Shown in pieces: positions 1 to 12,996 of a stretch of 64,000 bases of DNA. Within the stretch, counting starts at the first letter, position 1. The number at the start of each line of letters is the position of its first letter. The DNA comes from Albugo candida. Taxonomy: Eukaryota. The stretch spans positions 310,001-374,000 of the forward strand of contig JBDOQK010000011.1 of NCBI GenBank assembly GCA_040437565.1. The letters are read 5' to 3'. Position numbers and translations under genes: made by a program. Below the pieces are notes generated by a model, which was given only the letters and a program-made list of their open reading frames with translations, ran no database searches and was not told where the DNA came from.

Positions 1-1199
1 TCAGGTGTTAGATCTGTATAGCCTAGTTGATGCAAACGCTTGCTATATGCATGACGACCGGAATGTTTACCAAGAACCATCTTGCTTTCATTAAGACCTA
101 CCGATTCAGGGCACATGATTTCATACGTCGCTTGATGCTTTAGAACTCCATCTTGATGAATGCCAGATTCGTGTGCAAACGCATTTGCACCAACGATAGC
201 TTTGTTTGCCTGAATATGCATGCCCGTATAGTGGCTGACCATACGACTGCATCGAGTTATGTGAGTTGAATCAATGTCACTGGATACCGGACAATGCTGT
301 GGACGTGTTTGCAAAGTCATAATCAATTCTTCAAGTGCTGTATTTCCTGCTCTTTCGCCAATACCATTTACTGTCACCTCAGCTTGGCGAGCTCCAGCAC
401 ATACTCCAGCGAGAGTGTTAGCAGTCGCAAGTCCAAGGTCATTATGACAGTGAGTCGAGAAAATGGCTGCCTCACTTCCTTCAGTGTTCTTAATCAAGTA
501 ACGGATCAAAGATCCGTATTCATCAGGAACGGTGTACCCCACAGTATCAGGAATGTTGAGGGTCTTTGCGCCAGCTTTGATGACCTCTGCTAGGACTTCA
601 CACAAAAAATCAGGATCCGTGCGACCAGCATCTTCTGTCGAAAATTCAACATCATCACACAAACTCGAAGCAAAAGAAACTGCTTGAATGGCTTTGCGTA
701 TACACTCGTCCCTGCTTATTTTGAGTTTATATTGCAAATGAATATCCGATGTCGCCAAGAAAGTATGAATACGGTGACGTGGAGCATGCTTCACAGCATC
801 ATAACAGCGTTGGATGTCTTTCTCCATTGCACGTGCAAGCCCACAAATGACCATCGGTACTTCTGATTTTCGATTCGCTGTCAATGGCCCAATCTCTTTG
901 GCGATCGCTGTAACTGCGTCAAAGTCGCCAGGAGAAGAGATTGGAAAACCAGCTTCGCAAACGTCCACACCCAGATGAGAGAGAGAACGAGCGATATCCA
1001 GTTTTTCTCGAAAATTCAGTGTAGCTCCAGGTGATTGTTCGCCATCGCGAAGCGTTGTATCGAAGATAATCAGCTTTTCTCTGGTGTTGGTCGAAAACAG
1101 TGCTTTTTTTCGCTGAAAAAATTCCACGTTTTTGTTTGATCGATGGTGGATTTTGGTCAATTTGTGAATTCGGTGAAAGCCATTCGCACTGCGAAACAT
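1..1199 (-). CDS. leuA: 2-isopropylmalate synthase, N-terminal part (runs off window start), with a probable mitochondrial transit peptide
   Basis: Manual minus-strand translation from ATG 1199: [13 protein letters not shown]...[16 protein letters not shown]...[10 protein letters not shown]...LNIPDTVG...[14 protein letters not shown]...NGIGERAGN...[20 protein letters not shown]...LGKHSGR, the canonical IPMS (DRE-TIM) motifs. Absent from the ORF track because it has no stop in the window. Confidence 0.95.
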   Translation of the reverse strand, partial: MFRSANGFHRIHKLTKIHHRSNKNVEFFQRKKALFSTNTREKLIIFDTTLRDGEQSPGATLNFREKLDIARSLSHLGVDVCEAGFPISSPGDFDAVTAIAKEIGPLTANRKSEVPMVICGLARAMEKDIQRCYDAVKHAPRHRIHTFLATSDIHLQYKLKISRDECIRKAIQAVSFASSLCDDVEFSTEDAGRTDPDFLCEVLAEVIKAGAKTLNIPDTVGYTVPDEYGSLIRYLIKNTEGSEAAIFSTHCHNDLGLATANTLAGVCAGARQAEVTVNGIGERAGNTALEELIMTLQTRPQHCPVSSDIDSTHITRCSRMVSHYTGMHIQANKAIVGANAFAHESGIHQDGVLKHQATYEIMCPESVGLNESKMVLGKHSGRHAYSKRLHQLGYTDLTP

Positions 1200-4100
1200 T
1201 TTGAGTGTTTTTGGATCTGTTGGTCAGTGGCGATTATGTTTGTGGTACTTACAGTCGTGACAAGTCGTACTTAGCAATCGGTCACCTTGAAAAATAAGGT
1301 AACTCTACTAGCATCACTTGACTACAACTCTTCAAATACGTTGATGGCATTTGGCTGTTACAGGGTTGACAAAAAAGCTGGTATATATGTAGCGTATGAT
1401 TGTAGCCCAGCAACTTCCCATTGCCGCTACAGAAAATCATGATAAAGTGATGGACTGATTCGGGGAGGTGCGTGCATGTCGCAGCACGGCATATCATGGG
1501 GTAGAATCGTAATCTGTGTCGGTTGACAGAGTAGGAGACGTCGAAGTTATTTACAGCTCGATACATGTGCCAAGACGTTTGCATTTACCAGACAGGAGAT
1601 TGTTTTGTTTACATTCGGTCCTCCATACATTTCTCGCACGGTTTCAAGCAGCGCAATTGGCGCTTGATTGAGTTAATTTTTTGGCCTTCGATTTTGAAAT
1701 ATCGAGCCAAAAAAATGCGGGAATGAGGTAATTGCCGAAATGGAGACTAGATTCTTAGATTTGTACTAACAAGACCTTTGCTTAGACCTTCTTACTTCCA
1801 ATTAGCTCTGTTCAATACATGAACATAAACAATGATACTTTATCAAATATTACTAAACTGGAAACTTCATAGTTTCGCAACGGCCCCAGCTGTGTGTCTC
1901 ACCACTTTATTCATCGGTATCCCGTTCGCACGCATTGCTCTCGCCGCACTCGACCCAGATGCCTCCGCCTATGATGTATTCATTGAAATTTAATCTTCCA
2001 CATGTATCTATACCGTTTTCATACCATTATGCGTAACTCGTTTGTGATTGTCACTGTAAAGCTGCCGACCAAAACAGCAGCTAGACGCTCGAGTGCACGG
2101 GCAACTAGCATCTTCATTGTCGTTAAGTGTCAAGGGTTGGTTAAGGATGATAGGGTTTTCATCAAATGCAGACTTTTGTAACCTTCTTGTTAAGTCATGC
2201 CATAAGCGCATAATTAACCAATCAACATGTCTGACTGCGTATCCAGCTGACGCGTATCTATTCGCAACCTTTCTGTATCTCTCCTTTTCTGTTGATTTTT
2301 CGGCTGCGCTTTTTGTTTGTGCTCGATGCGGAAAAATTTCAGGAAATCTGCTTTTATGTGGCCCCGACGTTGTACTATATATCAGAATCGCAAAGTAAAA
2401 TCTTTGTTCAAAACAAGTACACGGCTGCAACACCATACATGGTACTTATGGCATGCAGTACCAAAAATGGGTCGGAAGTAGCAGTGCGACTAAGGAAAGA
2501 CGTTTCGGTTAATAGCAACTATCAAGTTATTGCGGGTATTGCATCACAATTGGTGAAATTCAAGTGACCTATGCGTTGATACTAACTGTCACATGAGTCA
2601 CAAGTCCACAATACATCCCAGTCTTATGACTAGGTGAAGGTTGAATTAGTGCAAGAGCGGATCAAATGAAAGCATCATTTGGCAATAGCTGAGCACGCTT
2701 TCTCTCCCGCGTCTGCTCTTCTCGAAGAAGCCAAACGAGTCTAGATCGGCACTTTTACTTGAGCAATTTTGGTTCTCGATCAGAGGCACGTAACGTTTGC
2801 TAATCCTAAGAGCATCTTTCCATAGTCGCTCTAATTGGGTGAGACACTCTTTATGCCCAAGCCGTTTGAGGATTGCATGTCAAGCTCACGCGAACAGAAT
2901 ATAAAATGTTTCNNNNNNNNNNNNNNNNNNNNNNNNNNNNNNNNNNNNNNNNNNNNNNNNNNNNNNNNNNNNNNNNNNNNNNNNNNNNNNNNNNNNNNNN
3001 NNNNNNNNNNNNCTAAGAGCATCTTTCCATAGTCGCTCTAATTGGGTGAGACACTCTTTATGCCCAAGCCGTTTGAGGATTGCATGTCAAGCTCACGCGA
3101 ACAGAATATAAAATGTTTCCTTTTAGTCTGTTTTCTTCCAGCACATTCTCAGAATGATGTGCTGTGCACTCTTGAAGAGAACAATGGGGCACGAGAGCCA
3201 CTCAGAATGCGTGAGATTTGGTGATAAGACTACCAACTTGAGCTTAGAAGCATGCAGAACATCCAAGAAAAGAAGATCATTGACACCGGTTGCTGTATAA
3301 AATCTAAACATGGTCTTACACCCGGGATTTCTTGAGCATGACTCGAAGAGTCAATTTAGCGAGTCCAGTTGAATAAATGAATTTGCGCATGTTGAACGTA
3401 GGAACACCTGGACATGATATATAACTAGTCGTGATGGACAACACAAGACTGTCGCTCGACCAAATCCGATGATCATAAAGCTATCGAAATTATACCAAAA
3501 TCTTCAGGCTATTAGCAAAGAGAAATTGTATAACAAATGACATCTTTTTTGATTTTATACAGATCCGATAATATATTTGTACTCGAATGGCTCAAATATC
3601 AACATATAAGGACCATGCTGGTGTCTCGGCTTGCGTTATGAGCCTGATCGGTGTAACGCTACCAGAGCATATGCTACCTTAGACGTGCCATCAATTCAAA
3701 AAATCGAGTGGCGGCCAATGAGCAATTCGCATGATTGAATTGCATAGAGACTTCGTGACAACAAGTCATAGCTCAGAATCAGCGATAATTAAGAATGTGA
3801 GAGTTTGATTACATGTGTTAAATCGACTAAAACTGGCGTACTATGGATAGTGAGGTGGTGTGCAGCAATCGATGGACATGCTTTTTCACTGCAATAATGG
3901 TAGACAGGAGAGAAACATCGGACACACCACGGCGCCTCGGAATGACCATGCAGAATATCAAGCACAATCGTACGGTACAAATCTGAATTCGAAGAAAGTG
4001 GTCGTTCAGCCCAGGCAGCCACGAACTATTCACCATAATGGCCCACAGAATATCCATCGCTAGCAAGTAAATCGTGTTCATGCATGAAGGGGAACGTTTC

Positions 4101-4912
4101 GTGACATTTACGCTCTGCAGATTTTTTCCTGATTGTAAGCCTAGGCGCTTTGCATTTGTGAAAAAATCGTTACTGCAAAAATTGAAAATGCAGACTTATG
4201 ATTGTTTAGCCATTTGTGATGCATGTGTCTGGTGCACGTTCGCGCGTGCGTAGGGCCGAGACGTCAAATACCGAATGTCAAATGCGAAACCGCTGGAGAT
4301 AGATTTGGACTATAATGAATACAACGGATCGTGTGTCTCAGAGCTGACATGATAATAACTACTACAACTATTGTTTCAAAGAGTCCGAATCAGCCATGCC
4401 TCGATGATAGTGTATAGAAGGTCAATTGTAGTATTACTTGATGTCTGACGCTTTGAGCTGCACATCGAAATAAGTAGTGACTACTTGCGCGAAGACACAT
4501 TTTCCAGCCTAGCAATTTATATATGGTATTTCGTCTCACGACGATATCAAATCATCACTTGTTCTCACGACCGCAATTGTCATCGTCACATCGTATTGAT
4601 AAAAACTTTTGGGTGGCATCATCACATTCAGAGAGATAAAGTGCCGGATAAGTCCTTCCGCACGTGCTCCTTTTTTTCCTTGAGCACATCGAGCTCATCC
4701 ACTTGTCGACCGGCAGATCATAGCGCGTAAGCTACGTAGTGCTCAAATTTGTAAAATTGGACTTTAATTTGGCAGCTGCCGATCCACATGTACTCCGATA
4801 TTTCGATGGTCATATCAAACTTGTATTGGTTATGCATTGTCCGCACAAACCGGCTTAACAAATATCAGACGATTATTGGATTCTGTACCCTTCCTTTTAA
4901 GTTGTGTCATCA

Positions 4913-5783
4913 ATGGCAAGCGATGCTCGAAGAGAGCTTGTAAAATTTGTTGTGACGCAATTGATCGATAATAACTTTGACCGACTTGCAATCAAGATCA
5001 ATAGATATCAAGCAAAATTTATCACCTCACAGGAGAGCAGTTTGGAAGCAAGAGGCAGTTGGAGGACCAGAAAGTATGCCATACGACTCCAGCATACACT
5101 TGCTCTCGCATGTAGTCTACTAAAGCAACAACAAGAAGATTTAGATCATTGTATCAATCTACTTGACAATGATATCAAGACAAAAAAGTTTACTACCGAG
5201 AAATGCAAATTGAGAGTAATCGATCACTCTGCAAAGTACAGGGATAACTCTGGCTCTATTTTTGCGTGTGGAAGTTTGGTGACAGCTAAAATTGCTCGTA
5301 GTCACGAACTTTGGATCTTAGCTCGAGTGACAAATTTCTATCCTGTCAACCAGGTGTACGAGGTGGAAGATGTTGACTCGATCGAAGATGATAATGGAAG
5401 ACTAATTCTCACGGAGACACCTAAATCCTCGCATGCAGAAGCAAGAAGACATCATTTTGTACAAAAAGTTTTTGTGGTTCCTCTAGTAGCGGAGACTTTG
5501 AAAGGAGGTGAATGGATCATGTACAAACTCAATGAACGCGTCATGGCAATGTACCCGAGTACAACCAGTTTTTATCGAGCTACAGTGCAGATTCCGAATC
5601 CCAAAGTAAGCAAATGCCTGCTTGATTGACCTTACTCTTAATATCCGTTGCTCCCACTAGGGTTCACCGTCAGTCTTACTAAAGTTTGATGATGATGCTG
5701 ACGAACTCGGAAACGTTCCTGACCGAAAAGTACCATTTCGATTTGTGACGCCTCTGCCAAATTTCAACGCGAAACCTAGCTAG
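4913..5783 (+). CDS. SGF29: SAGA-associated factor 29 (double Tudor domain); 2 exons (4913-5605, 5661-5783)
   Basis: WILARV...YEVEDVD and RVMAMYPSTTSFYRATV; a GT-AG intron at 5606-5660 restores VLLKFDDDAD...RKVPFRFV, the typical SGF29 C-terminus. Stop TAG at 5781-5783. Confidence 0.85.
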
Positions 5784-5973
5784 ACCATCCAGCATCAAGG
5801 ATATGCACAGATGAATTGATGGGCAAGTTTGGGAGGAACAATGGCTGCATATCCTCTCTCCGCATCAGACTTGGTAGGGCAATGTAAATGTGAAGTGGGT
5901 GTGGTGTGGTCCAACTCAGCCAGATATAAAGTCGAGCTAAAAACATCAATTTTTACGTATACACTTCTACACA

Positions 5974-7383
5974 CTACTCAAAACTCGTGCATTCTTGAGA
6001 TGCTCTAAGAATCTTGTTAACCATCTTATACTCAATTCCTCCCGATACGAAAGTATCCAGATCGTATATGGTTCTGTCCAGCCAAACAAAGTCGAACTGT
6101 TCATGCAAGTTTTCACCACCAATCACATTGTCCTGATCATCCAACTCAATGATCATTCTTTGAAGATGCTTCGCGGAGTCGTGCACACGCGCACCGGATG
6201 CATGATACTCATGACCCGGTTTGTTTTCGACGACCCACCACACTTCCATTTCCAAATACATTAAGCTCGCTGCGGCATCATTGAATGGATACTGGCTCGA
6301 GTCGTACAGCTTCTGTAACATTTTTTCATCCACCGGCTGAACGACATTGATCTTGTACGACATGACAGGTTGGTTCCACACTGCTTCGTCCACGGTAATG
6401 TCGGCGACAAATGATTTACCAAGAATCCCAACCATATTGATCAATATAATGAGAAGAGATCCTGCATTAATATCACGCAGAATAGGCGAATTGGGTCGGT
6501 TATAAGAATCCCTTGTTTTATCCATGCTTGCATCAAAACGGGCTCCAGCCATCACACTTTCTTTTGCGGCTTCATCGTACATGTGCGTCAATAAAGCTTG
6601 AATATCAAGGGGTGAGAACTCCACATTTCCGACAGTGACGGCGCACTTTGGCTGAAGTTCTAAGATTGATGCCATCGACCAAGCGTGACAGACCCCGGCC
6701 CAATAATCGATGCATACACCTGCAATATCGGTCCCGGTCGCATCATTCATACGAGAACAGATAACAGTCCCATCCGGTTTGCAGTCCACATTAGTCTGAC
6801 AGCTTGGAAAATTGTTATCGTAGTAATATTGAATTCCTTTTTTGGCGGAGACTTTGGCAACAACAGTCTTGACATCCAGACCAAACGCTTCAGCGTATTT
6901 TGCTGACGGACCTTTCTGGCCAGGTCGTGTTGGATGATTAATGCTGTCCAATGCAGCTGGATAGAAGTGACCTGACCATGGAAGGTTGGTAACATTGGCA
7001 ACTTTGTGCTCCATTAAAGTGGAAAATTTTCGCGTAAAAGTGCTTCCAACAAATGCTTCGAAACGTGCAACTGAGTCGGTATCGTCTGCGGTCAACTGAC
7101 GATCAAGCCCGAGCAACGAAGTTCCTGCGCTTACGCCTGATTTAACAGTGTTCAAAGTAGCATTTATTGTGCAACCGATATCGATAACAATGAGATCCAA
7201 TTCCGATATATCGCAACGCAAGGGACCACCGTATTGTGGAGTCTTTGAACTGTCGGAACTGATCGATCCATACCGCGGTTCCTGGCTCATTGGTGAGGCT
7301 TGTACATCAGTCATTGGGCCCTCAAATACAATCAATGTGCAGACAGTAGCCCAAACAAAAGCGCGAAGAAACGTGAATGCCAT
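5974..7383 (-). CDS. Secreted transglutaminase elicitor (GP42/TGase_elicitor family), copy 1
   Basis: Signal-peptide-like MAFTFLRAFVWATVCTLIV; PWSGHFYPAALDSIN; catalytic-Cys motif WAGVCHAW; Pep-13-like VWNQPV; single exon. Confidence 0.9.
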   Translation of the reverse strand: MAFTFLRAFVWATVCTLIVFEGPMTDVQASPMSQEPRYGSISSDSSKTPQYGGPLRCDISELDLIVIDIGCTINATLNTVKSGVSAGTSLLGLDRQLTADDTDSVARFEAFVGSTFTRKFSTLMEHKVANVTNLPWSGHFYPAALDSINHPTRPGQKGPSAKYAEAFGLDVKTVVAKVSAKKGIQYYYDNNFPSCQTNVDCKPDGTVICSRMNDATGTDIAGVCIDYWAGVCHAWSMASILELQPKCAVTVGNVEFSPLDIQALLTHMYDEAAKESVMAGARFDASMDKTRDSYNRPNSPILRDINAGSLLIILINMVGILGKSFVADITVDEAVWNQPVMSYKINVVQPVDEKMLQKLYDSSQYPFNDAAASLMYLEMEVWWVVENKPGHEYHASGARVHDSAKHLQRMIIELDDQDNVIGGENLHEQFDFVWLDRTIYDLDTFVSGGIEYKMVNKILRASQECTSFE

Positions 7384-8145
7384 GAGTGATTGTAATAAAG
7401 CACCAAGTTGACGATGTCGAGAAGAATTGAATGTGAGGGTTAGAATATGCGACTTGGATTCAGATAAAAGAGAATGATCTATATCACCAGGCTTCTTATA
7501 CCAAGGCTCAGAATTTGCCATTGATTTGACAAGGCAACGTTGATACTTTATATCATACGTCACATTTCTCAGGTGCGTTTTCTTTATCGCAGATCGTATG
7601 TGATTAAAAGATTTATTCCTTACGGGAAAAACTTATTTGTAACGAGTTGTGTGAAACGAATTCTGCGGTATAAATTTCTGCTGATATGCAAGAAGCAGCC
7701 AAAGAGTTGAAAATAGTACGCACCAAATTCCTGAGAATCTCTAATGTACCTGAGCAAGGCGGTTCCAAATATATACGCAGTCTGTGAGAAGTTGACTTCT
7801 AAGTGCGATTTTGTTGAATCTTGCCTGATTGAACCGTAACCAAAATAGGTTGACCAATTTTATTGTTATACGGAAAAGCGGGGCGTAAAGCGGGTAACAG
7901 CATGCGTGCAAGTAGTGCTACTAATAATCTCGATTACGACCGGATGATCAAATTCCTCTTTTTCTCACATATGCAGCTGATAGGCTTGCAATATGTGTTC
8001 TGAGCACTCGTATCCTTAATATTTTCGAACTGAGTAATATACCGAAACATGGTTGACTTTTTAGATCGTAGAAATGAAGGGGATGTCGTTGCAGGTAGCA
8101 AAAGGGAGGGGAGACAGACTTACTGCTACTTGTCTAACTGTGTCT

Positions 8146-8212
8146 TATTGGCGGAATTAATTATCGACATATCTGATTGACGGAATTGATAATGCCTTCA
8201 TGGTGATTGGTT
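8146..8212 (+). promoter_or_regulatory. Reverse CCAAT boxes (ATTGG) upstream of the histone gene
   Basis: tATTGGcg (~8147) and tgATTGGtt (~8206) within 150 bp of the H2A ATG; CCAAT boxes are typical of histone promoters. Confidence 0.45.
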
Positions 8213-8290
8213 AGATATTCCACCGAGTAAATTTGCTGTCACATCTTCAGAAACGCATCATTATTGAATTTGCACCACCTTACAACTACA

Positions 8291-8710
8291 ATGTCTGGAA
8301 AAGGAAAAGCAGCAACCGGTGGACGTGGAAAGAAAGACAAGAGTACTTCTCGATCAGCTAAAGCAGGTCTTCAATTTCCAGTTGGTCGTGTAGCTCGTTA
8401 TCTAAAGAAAGGACGATTTGCCAAACGTATCGGTGGAGGAGCTCCAGTGTACCTAGCTGCTGTGTTGGAATATCTATGCGCTGAAATTTTAGAATTGGCA
8501 GGAAATGCCGCACGAGATCATAAGAAAACTCGTATTATCCCACGTCACATTCAAATGGCCGTACGAAATGATGAAGAACTGAACAAATTGCTTGCCGAAG
8601 TGACAATCGCATCTGGCGGTGTGATGCCAAACATCCACAACATTCTCCTTCCGAAGAAGAGTGCCACTGGCAGTAAGAAGAGCAAAGCCTCGGAGAGTCA
8701 AGACTACTGA
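8291..8710 (+). CDS. H2AX: Histone H2A, H2A.X type (C-terminal SQDY)
   Basis: MSGKGK...[15 protein letters not shown]...[13 protein letters not shown]...RIIPRHI...NDEELNKLL; ends SQDY*, the SQ[E/D]-hydrophobic PIKK target motif. Confidence 0.95.
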   Translation: MSGKGKAATGGRGKKDKSTSRSAKAGLQFPVGRVARYLKKGRFAKRIGGGAPVYLAAVLEYLCAEILELAGNAARDHKKTRIIPRHIQMAVRNDEELNKLLAEVTIASGGVMPNIHNILLPKKSATGSKKSKASESQDY

Positions 8711-8931
8711 GCTGGCACATCGAAGCGTTTATTCTACTTATCCTATAGTTTTACCAATGCGCATGAAATCTTGTTTTTGTATGCCAAAGTTTATATATCA
8801 GGAGCATCAATGCCTGTGTCTCTTTTAAGAGGATTACCAATAAACGAATATATAAGTCACAAAACTACTGGTCTTTAGTTTTTCTTAATAAAAATAGAAC
8901 ACTACGTACAGAACTTCTTTGACTTCGAACA

Positions 8932-10664
8932 ATGCATTTCCACGTAGATGCTAATTCGAGATTGGAATTGAAACCACGTACAACTGAGTTACTTTATGAA
9001 AAGGCACGAAAGAACTCTTTCAGCGGTGAGACCAAAGACGCGCCTGACGATATTTTATTTGTCAAAAGACCGACTGCGGGCTTCTTGCTTACTTATTGCA
9101 CGTTTTACGCTGCTGGTGCGGCCATGATATCTATGTGGTCGTGCTTGACTTTGACATTAGATTTTTTCCGGGCAAAGTACCCTTTGAATCGAGTCACTTT
9201 TGTGTTCCCAGTCATCAATATGTCGACTCTATTGCTGGTGTCGATATACATGATCCTGGCAGGGAGGCAAGCAAGTATCAAGCTGCGAATGCATGGATCG
9301 CTAATGAGCTACGCGATATTCTCAGCAATGATCTTGTTTGTCAACCTTATTCATATCCACCAGAATACTGCGTATGTATGGACGATATTGGCACTTGTTT
9401 GCTCGACTATCAGTAGTTCGGTTTTGCAGTCATCGGTTTCCGGCTTGGCAGGAGTATTTGGACCAACTTTTATGCAAGCTATAGATGGTGGAAGAGGTTT
9501 TGGAGCCATTGTTTTATTCATCGTGCGCTTTGTCGTGATGTGGCTATTATCGGATGACCAAGAACGTTCCAGCAAAATCNNNNNNNNNNNNNNNNNNNNN
9601 NNNNNNNNNNNNNNNNNNNNNNNNNNNNNNNNNNNNNNNNNNNNNNNNNNNNNNNNNNNNNNNNNNNNNNNNNNNNNNNTAGTTCGGTTTTGCAGTCATC
9701 GGTTTCCGGCTTGGCAGGAGTATTTGGACCAACTTTTATGCAAGCTATAGATGGTGGAAGAGGTTTTGGAGCCATTGTTTTATTCATCGTGCGCTTTGTC
9801 GTGATGTGGCTATTATCGGATGACCAAGAACGTTCCAGCAAAATCGCAATGATTGCTACCTTCAGCATCGCATTTGTCCTTATTCTTCTGACATGGGTGT
9901 TGTATGCATTCCTAAATATGGTCTCGTTTGCGAGGCCTCTTTTGGAAGAATTTCTCTTATTGCATGAAGCCTCGCCTGCAGAAACGCTTTTCTCGCCATT
10001 GCCAAGTCCATTGCGTGTCCACACTTTAGCGGAGGTCCTATCATATGACGAAGGTTCTCGATCAGAGAGAAGATTGTTAGTACCGAAACAGGCGAAGACT
10101 ACACATTTTGTAGCTGAAGGATACGTCCGTCACAATGCGAATGCAACCTCGCTGTTTGGAGTATTGTGTACCGCATACAAGCCATTTCTTTCAGTCACTT
10201 TATCAAACTTGATCTGCTTGTCGTGTTTTCCTGGTATCATTGTTGCCATTCCATTGAAAAATTTAGACTTGTACGGGTGCTTTTCTGTGATATTGGTAGG
10301 ATGCTTCAATATAGGTGATTTGGTGGGGAAGAGCCTTCCTGTGCACTGGATGGTTTTGAGTGTAGACATGCTGCATTGGTCGTGGATTTTACAAAGTGGC
10401 TTTTTGCTATTTTTTCTTTTTGATTATCTGAGCCCGGTCAATGACTTGATCACGATTATGATGGTCCTGGGGTTCGGACTTACTTCAGGTTACGTGGCGA
10501 CATGCAGTAACATGCTAGCTCCAACACTCTGTTCGGATTCGCAAAAAGAAATTGCTGGCATGGTCGGAGCTTTGTGCTCCATAGTTGGGCTTTGTCTTGG
10601 TTCATATTGCGGCTTGGCACTCATCACAATTCTTCAGTTAATCCAGCTATTGCGAACAGCTTGA
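8932..10664 (+). CDS. Equilibrative nucleoside transporter (ENT/SLC29 family); interrupted by an N-gap with duplicated flanks
   Basis: About 11 hydrophobic segments; LQSSVSGLAGVFGPTFMQA, SCFPGI, FNIGDLVGK, GLTSGY and EIAG motifs typical of ENTs. Sequence 9413-9579 recurs at 9680-9845, so the two ORFs merge into one gene. Confidence 0.85.
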
Positions 10665-10828
10665 CCAAGGAGCATGTGCACACCACCACACTGCGGCATC
10701 GTATTACAAATAAATATCGATAAAGGAGCACTATGCACTTGTCTGTAATAGTTCCGACCAACCCATTTGACTGTTGGAGAAGTGATTTTGGTCCAAAAAG
10801 CTCGAAGGAGACAAGACGTATAAGTTCC

Positions 10829-11984
10829 TTAGGTAGAACAAATTTGGCCATTGCCATGATCAGCTGGATTGTAGTCAAACTGTGAAAGGCTGATATCATT
10901 CATATCATAAACTGTTGGCTCCGTCTTGTTTGAATCTTGAATGGGTTTCTCGCAGTGTTGTGCTTGCTGAGCTCTCACGTACTCATGCCCCTGTATTCCT
11001 TTTTCTCTATTCGGATGGAGTGGTGGAGTCGTCGAATGTTTTTGCCGCCCGTACTGATCCAATGGTCGACTCGGTTGGTGGATCTGTTACTCTCGATTAC
11101 AATTGAGAGCTACCCCGATTGAGAAATGCGTACCGTCGTCGACGAGCCCAAACGTGTTCTAGTTGGTACAGCGGGTGTATTTGCAGCATTAAAACGTGGT
11201 TGATCATCACTTGTCACGCCCTATAGAGTTGACGATAGTTTCTCAATGTAGCTAGATCAAGCTTATGAGCATTACATTGTTCGGGACTAGATTGGATGCT
11301 GGTAGATGAGCTCTACTGGGCTACAAAGAGTCATGTAGAATAAACATCGGTACTCATGGTATCTAATGTTTGATAAAAGTCACCTTTTCCGCAAGAGCAT
11401 CGCGAACGTGCTACAAAAGATAAAATATAGTCATGTCTGGAGTCGCGTGACACAATCCTCTGGCTTACCTCCTTGTCGTAACACGAGTTTCCAAGATACT
11501 CTCCAAACAAACGAAGTGCACGTTTACGAGCATCAGATATACTCGCCTACGAGTGAATCAAAATGATCAAAAACGCAGCGCGATGGTGACAAATTACTTA
11601 CTTTTTTTGCTTGCTCCAAGGCAGCTCCCAAATCGCGCTGACCATCAGCTTGCCCAAATCCAACGTCTTCATGTGACGTCCCATCTTTTAGCTCAATGCG
11701 AACAAGCGAGCTGAAGGCTATGCTCCATTTATCCTGCTTTTTCTCTCTCTATATATATATGGAGAAGATTGACAAACCAGCATAAAGTTCAATTATGTGC
11801 GCATTACATATTCTTCCTTGCATTCCAAAAGACGACATGACCACCCATTGAACCCAAACGTCTGATTCGCGAGCTCGATAGCTTTACAGCTCTCAATATA
11901 AGTAAGTCGAGTTCCCCGTGGTCCTGGCCGACGCGACAGATTTTCTTTTCCGAGTTTTTGATGCAGCATTTTATCTGTGTTCAT
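10829..11984 (-). CDS. RAD52: DNA repair protein RAD52, multi-exon; start codon and last exons uncertain
   Basis: RRPGPRGTRLTYIE...IELANQTFGFNGWS; next exons VRIELKDGTSHEDVGFG...ALEQAKK and DARKRALRLFGEYLGNSCYDK, the Rad52/22 core. Confidence 0.85.
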
Positions 11985-12408
11985 TTTGTCGTTTTCGCTG
12001 AAGGAACTTGCTCCAAACAGGGACGGTCGAAATACATTTGATAGTATGGTGTCCGCAACATGTTTCGACACTTGTGTGAATAAAGATGACTTCCACTCGT
12101 TCAGATCGATTGAATCGGTGATGACATTAAGATGTGGAATAGATGTGCATTGCTGATCTATCCTCCGTCCACTTTGCGCTGTAGCCTCCAGTTGGTTGAC
12201 TTGGCCAGCTTTCTTTTCATCGTGAAAAAATCGTCCAGTGAGAGTACTTTACTTTGCAAAAGTAGTACTAGAAATATAATTGACAATAAACTAGTGTGCA
12301 GCGACTAAAGTATGGACACTTGGCAGGATTTCAAGATGACCAATCAAAGTATTTCTGTAGTTGATCACAAATCGCATTGGATATTATACGTCATCTCCAA
12401 GCCAAAAC

Positions 12409-12696
12409 ATGTCCGACATCAATTCTTTAGTTGTGCAGCCATTGCAAGAATTCTTCCAAAATAGCCTTCATTTGTTCAAAAAGTGTACCAAACCAGACCG
12501 TAAAGGTAGCGTGTCGTGTCTTGCGTCTTGTACGGCCTCCTTTAACTTAATTATGCTGTAAATGGATTGGGTAGAGTTCTATCGCATTGCCGGTGCAACA
12601 ATGGTTGGATTTCTGCTAATGGGATTCACCGGATTCTTTGTCAAATTGATACACATTCCCATCAACAACATTCTCGTGGGGGGAGGAACTGTGTAA
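12409..12696 (+). CDS. SEC61G: Protein translocase Sec61 gamma subunit; 2 exons (12409-12505, 12575-12696)
   Basis: [45 protein letters not shown] after removing GT-AG intron 12506-12574. Confidence 0.95.
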
Positions 12697-12996
12697 TTGA
12701 ATGATAGAGACAAGAAGGCTTAAAAGTAGCATTTTTACGAGTCACTCATTATCTTCGGCTACAAATTGAGCTAAAACTACTTTCTAGCGTGACATCTCTC
12801 CGGACGCAATGCGAATCTTAGTCATCTAACCATTCATCATCTCGTCGGCTTTTTGGCTCGATCTTTCACTGCATAAGGCGGAAATCTCCAAGGCTTTGTT
12901 ACCAGCTACATACAAAATGAGATGTTGCACTAGAACACAAAACCTTCGATCTTCACACGAAATTCAAGAGGGACACTATACTGCGCTTCTCCGCTC

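Noticed and set aside
294-866. Plus-strand ORFs 294-593 and 684-866, and many other short antisense ORFs in the track
   Set aside because: Shadow ORFs opposite well-supported genes (here isopropylmalate synthase); no motifs of their own.
7384-7563. N-terminal extensions of the TGase ORFs given in the track (7563 and 40813 starts)
   Set aside because: They begin at GTG/TTG, which is atypical for eukaryotes; downstream ATGs give signal peptides and follow INR-like motifs.
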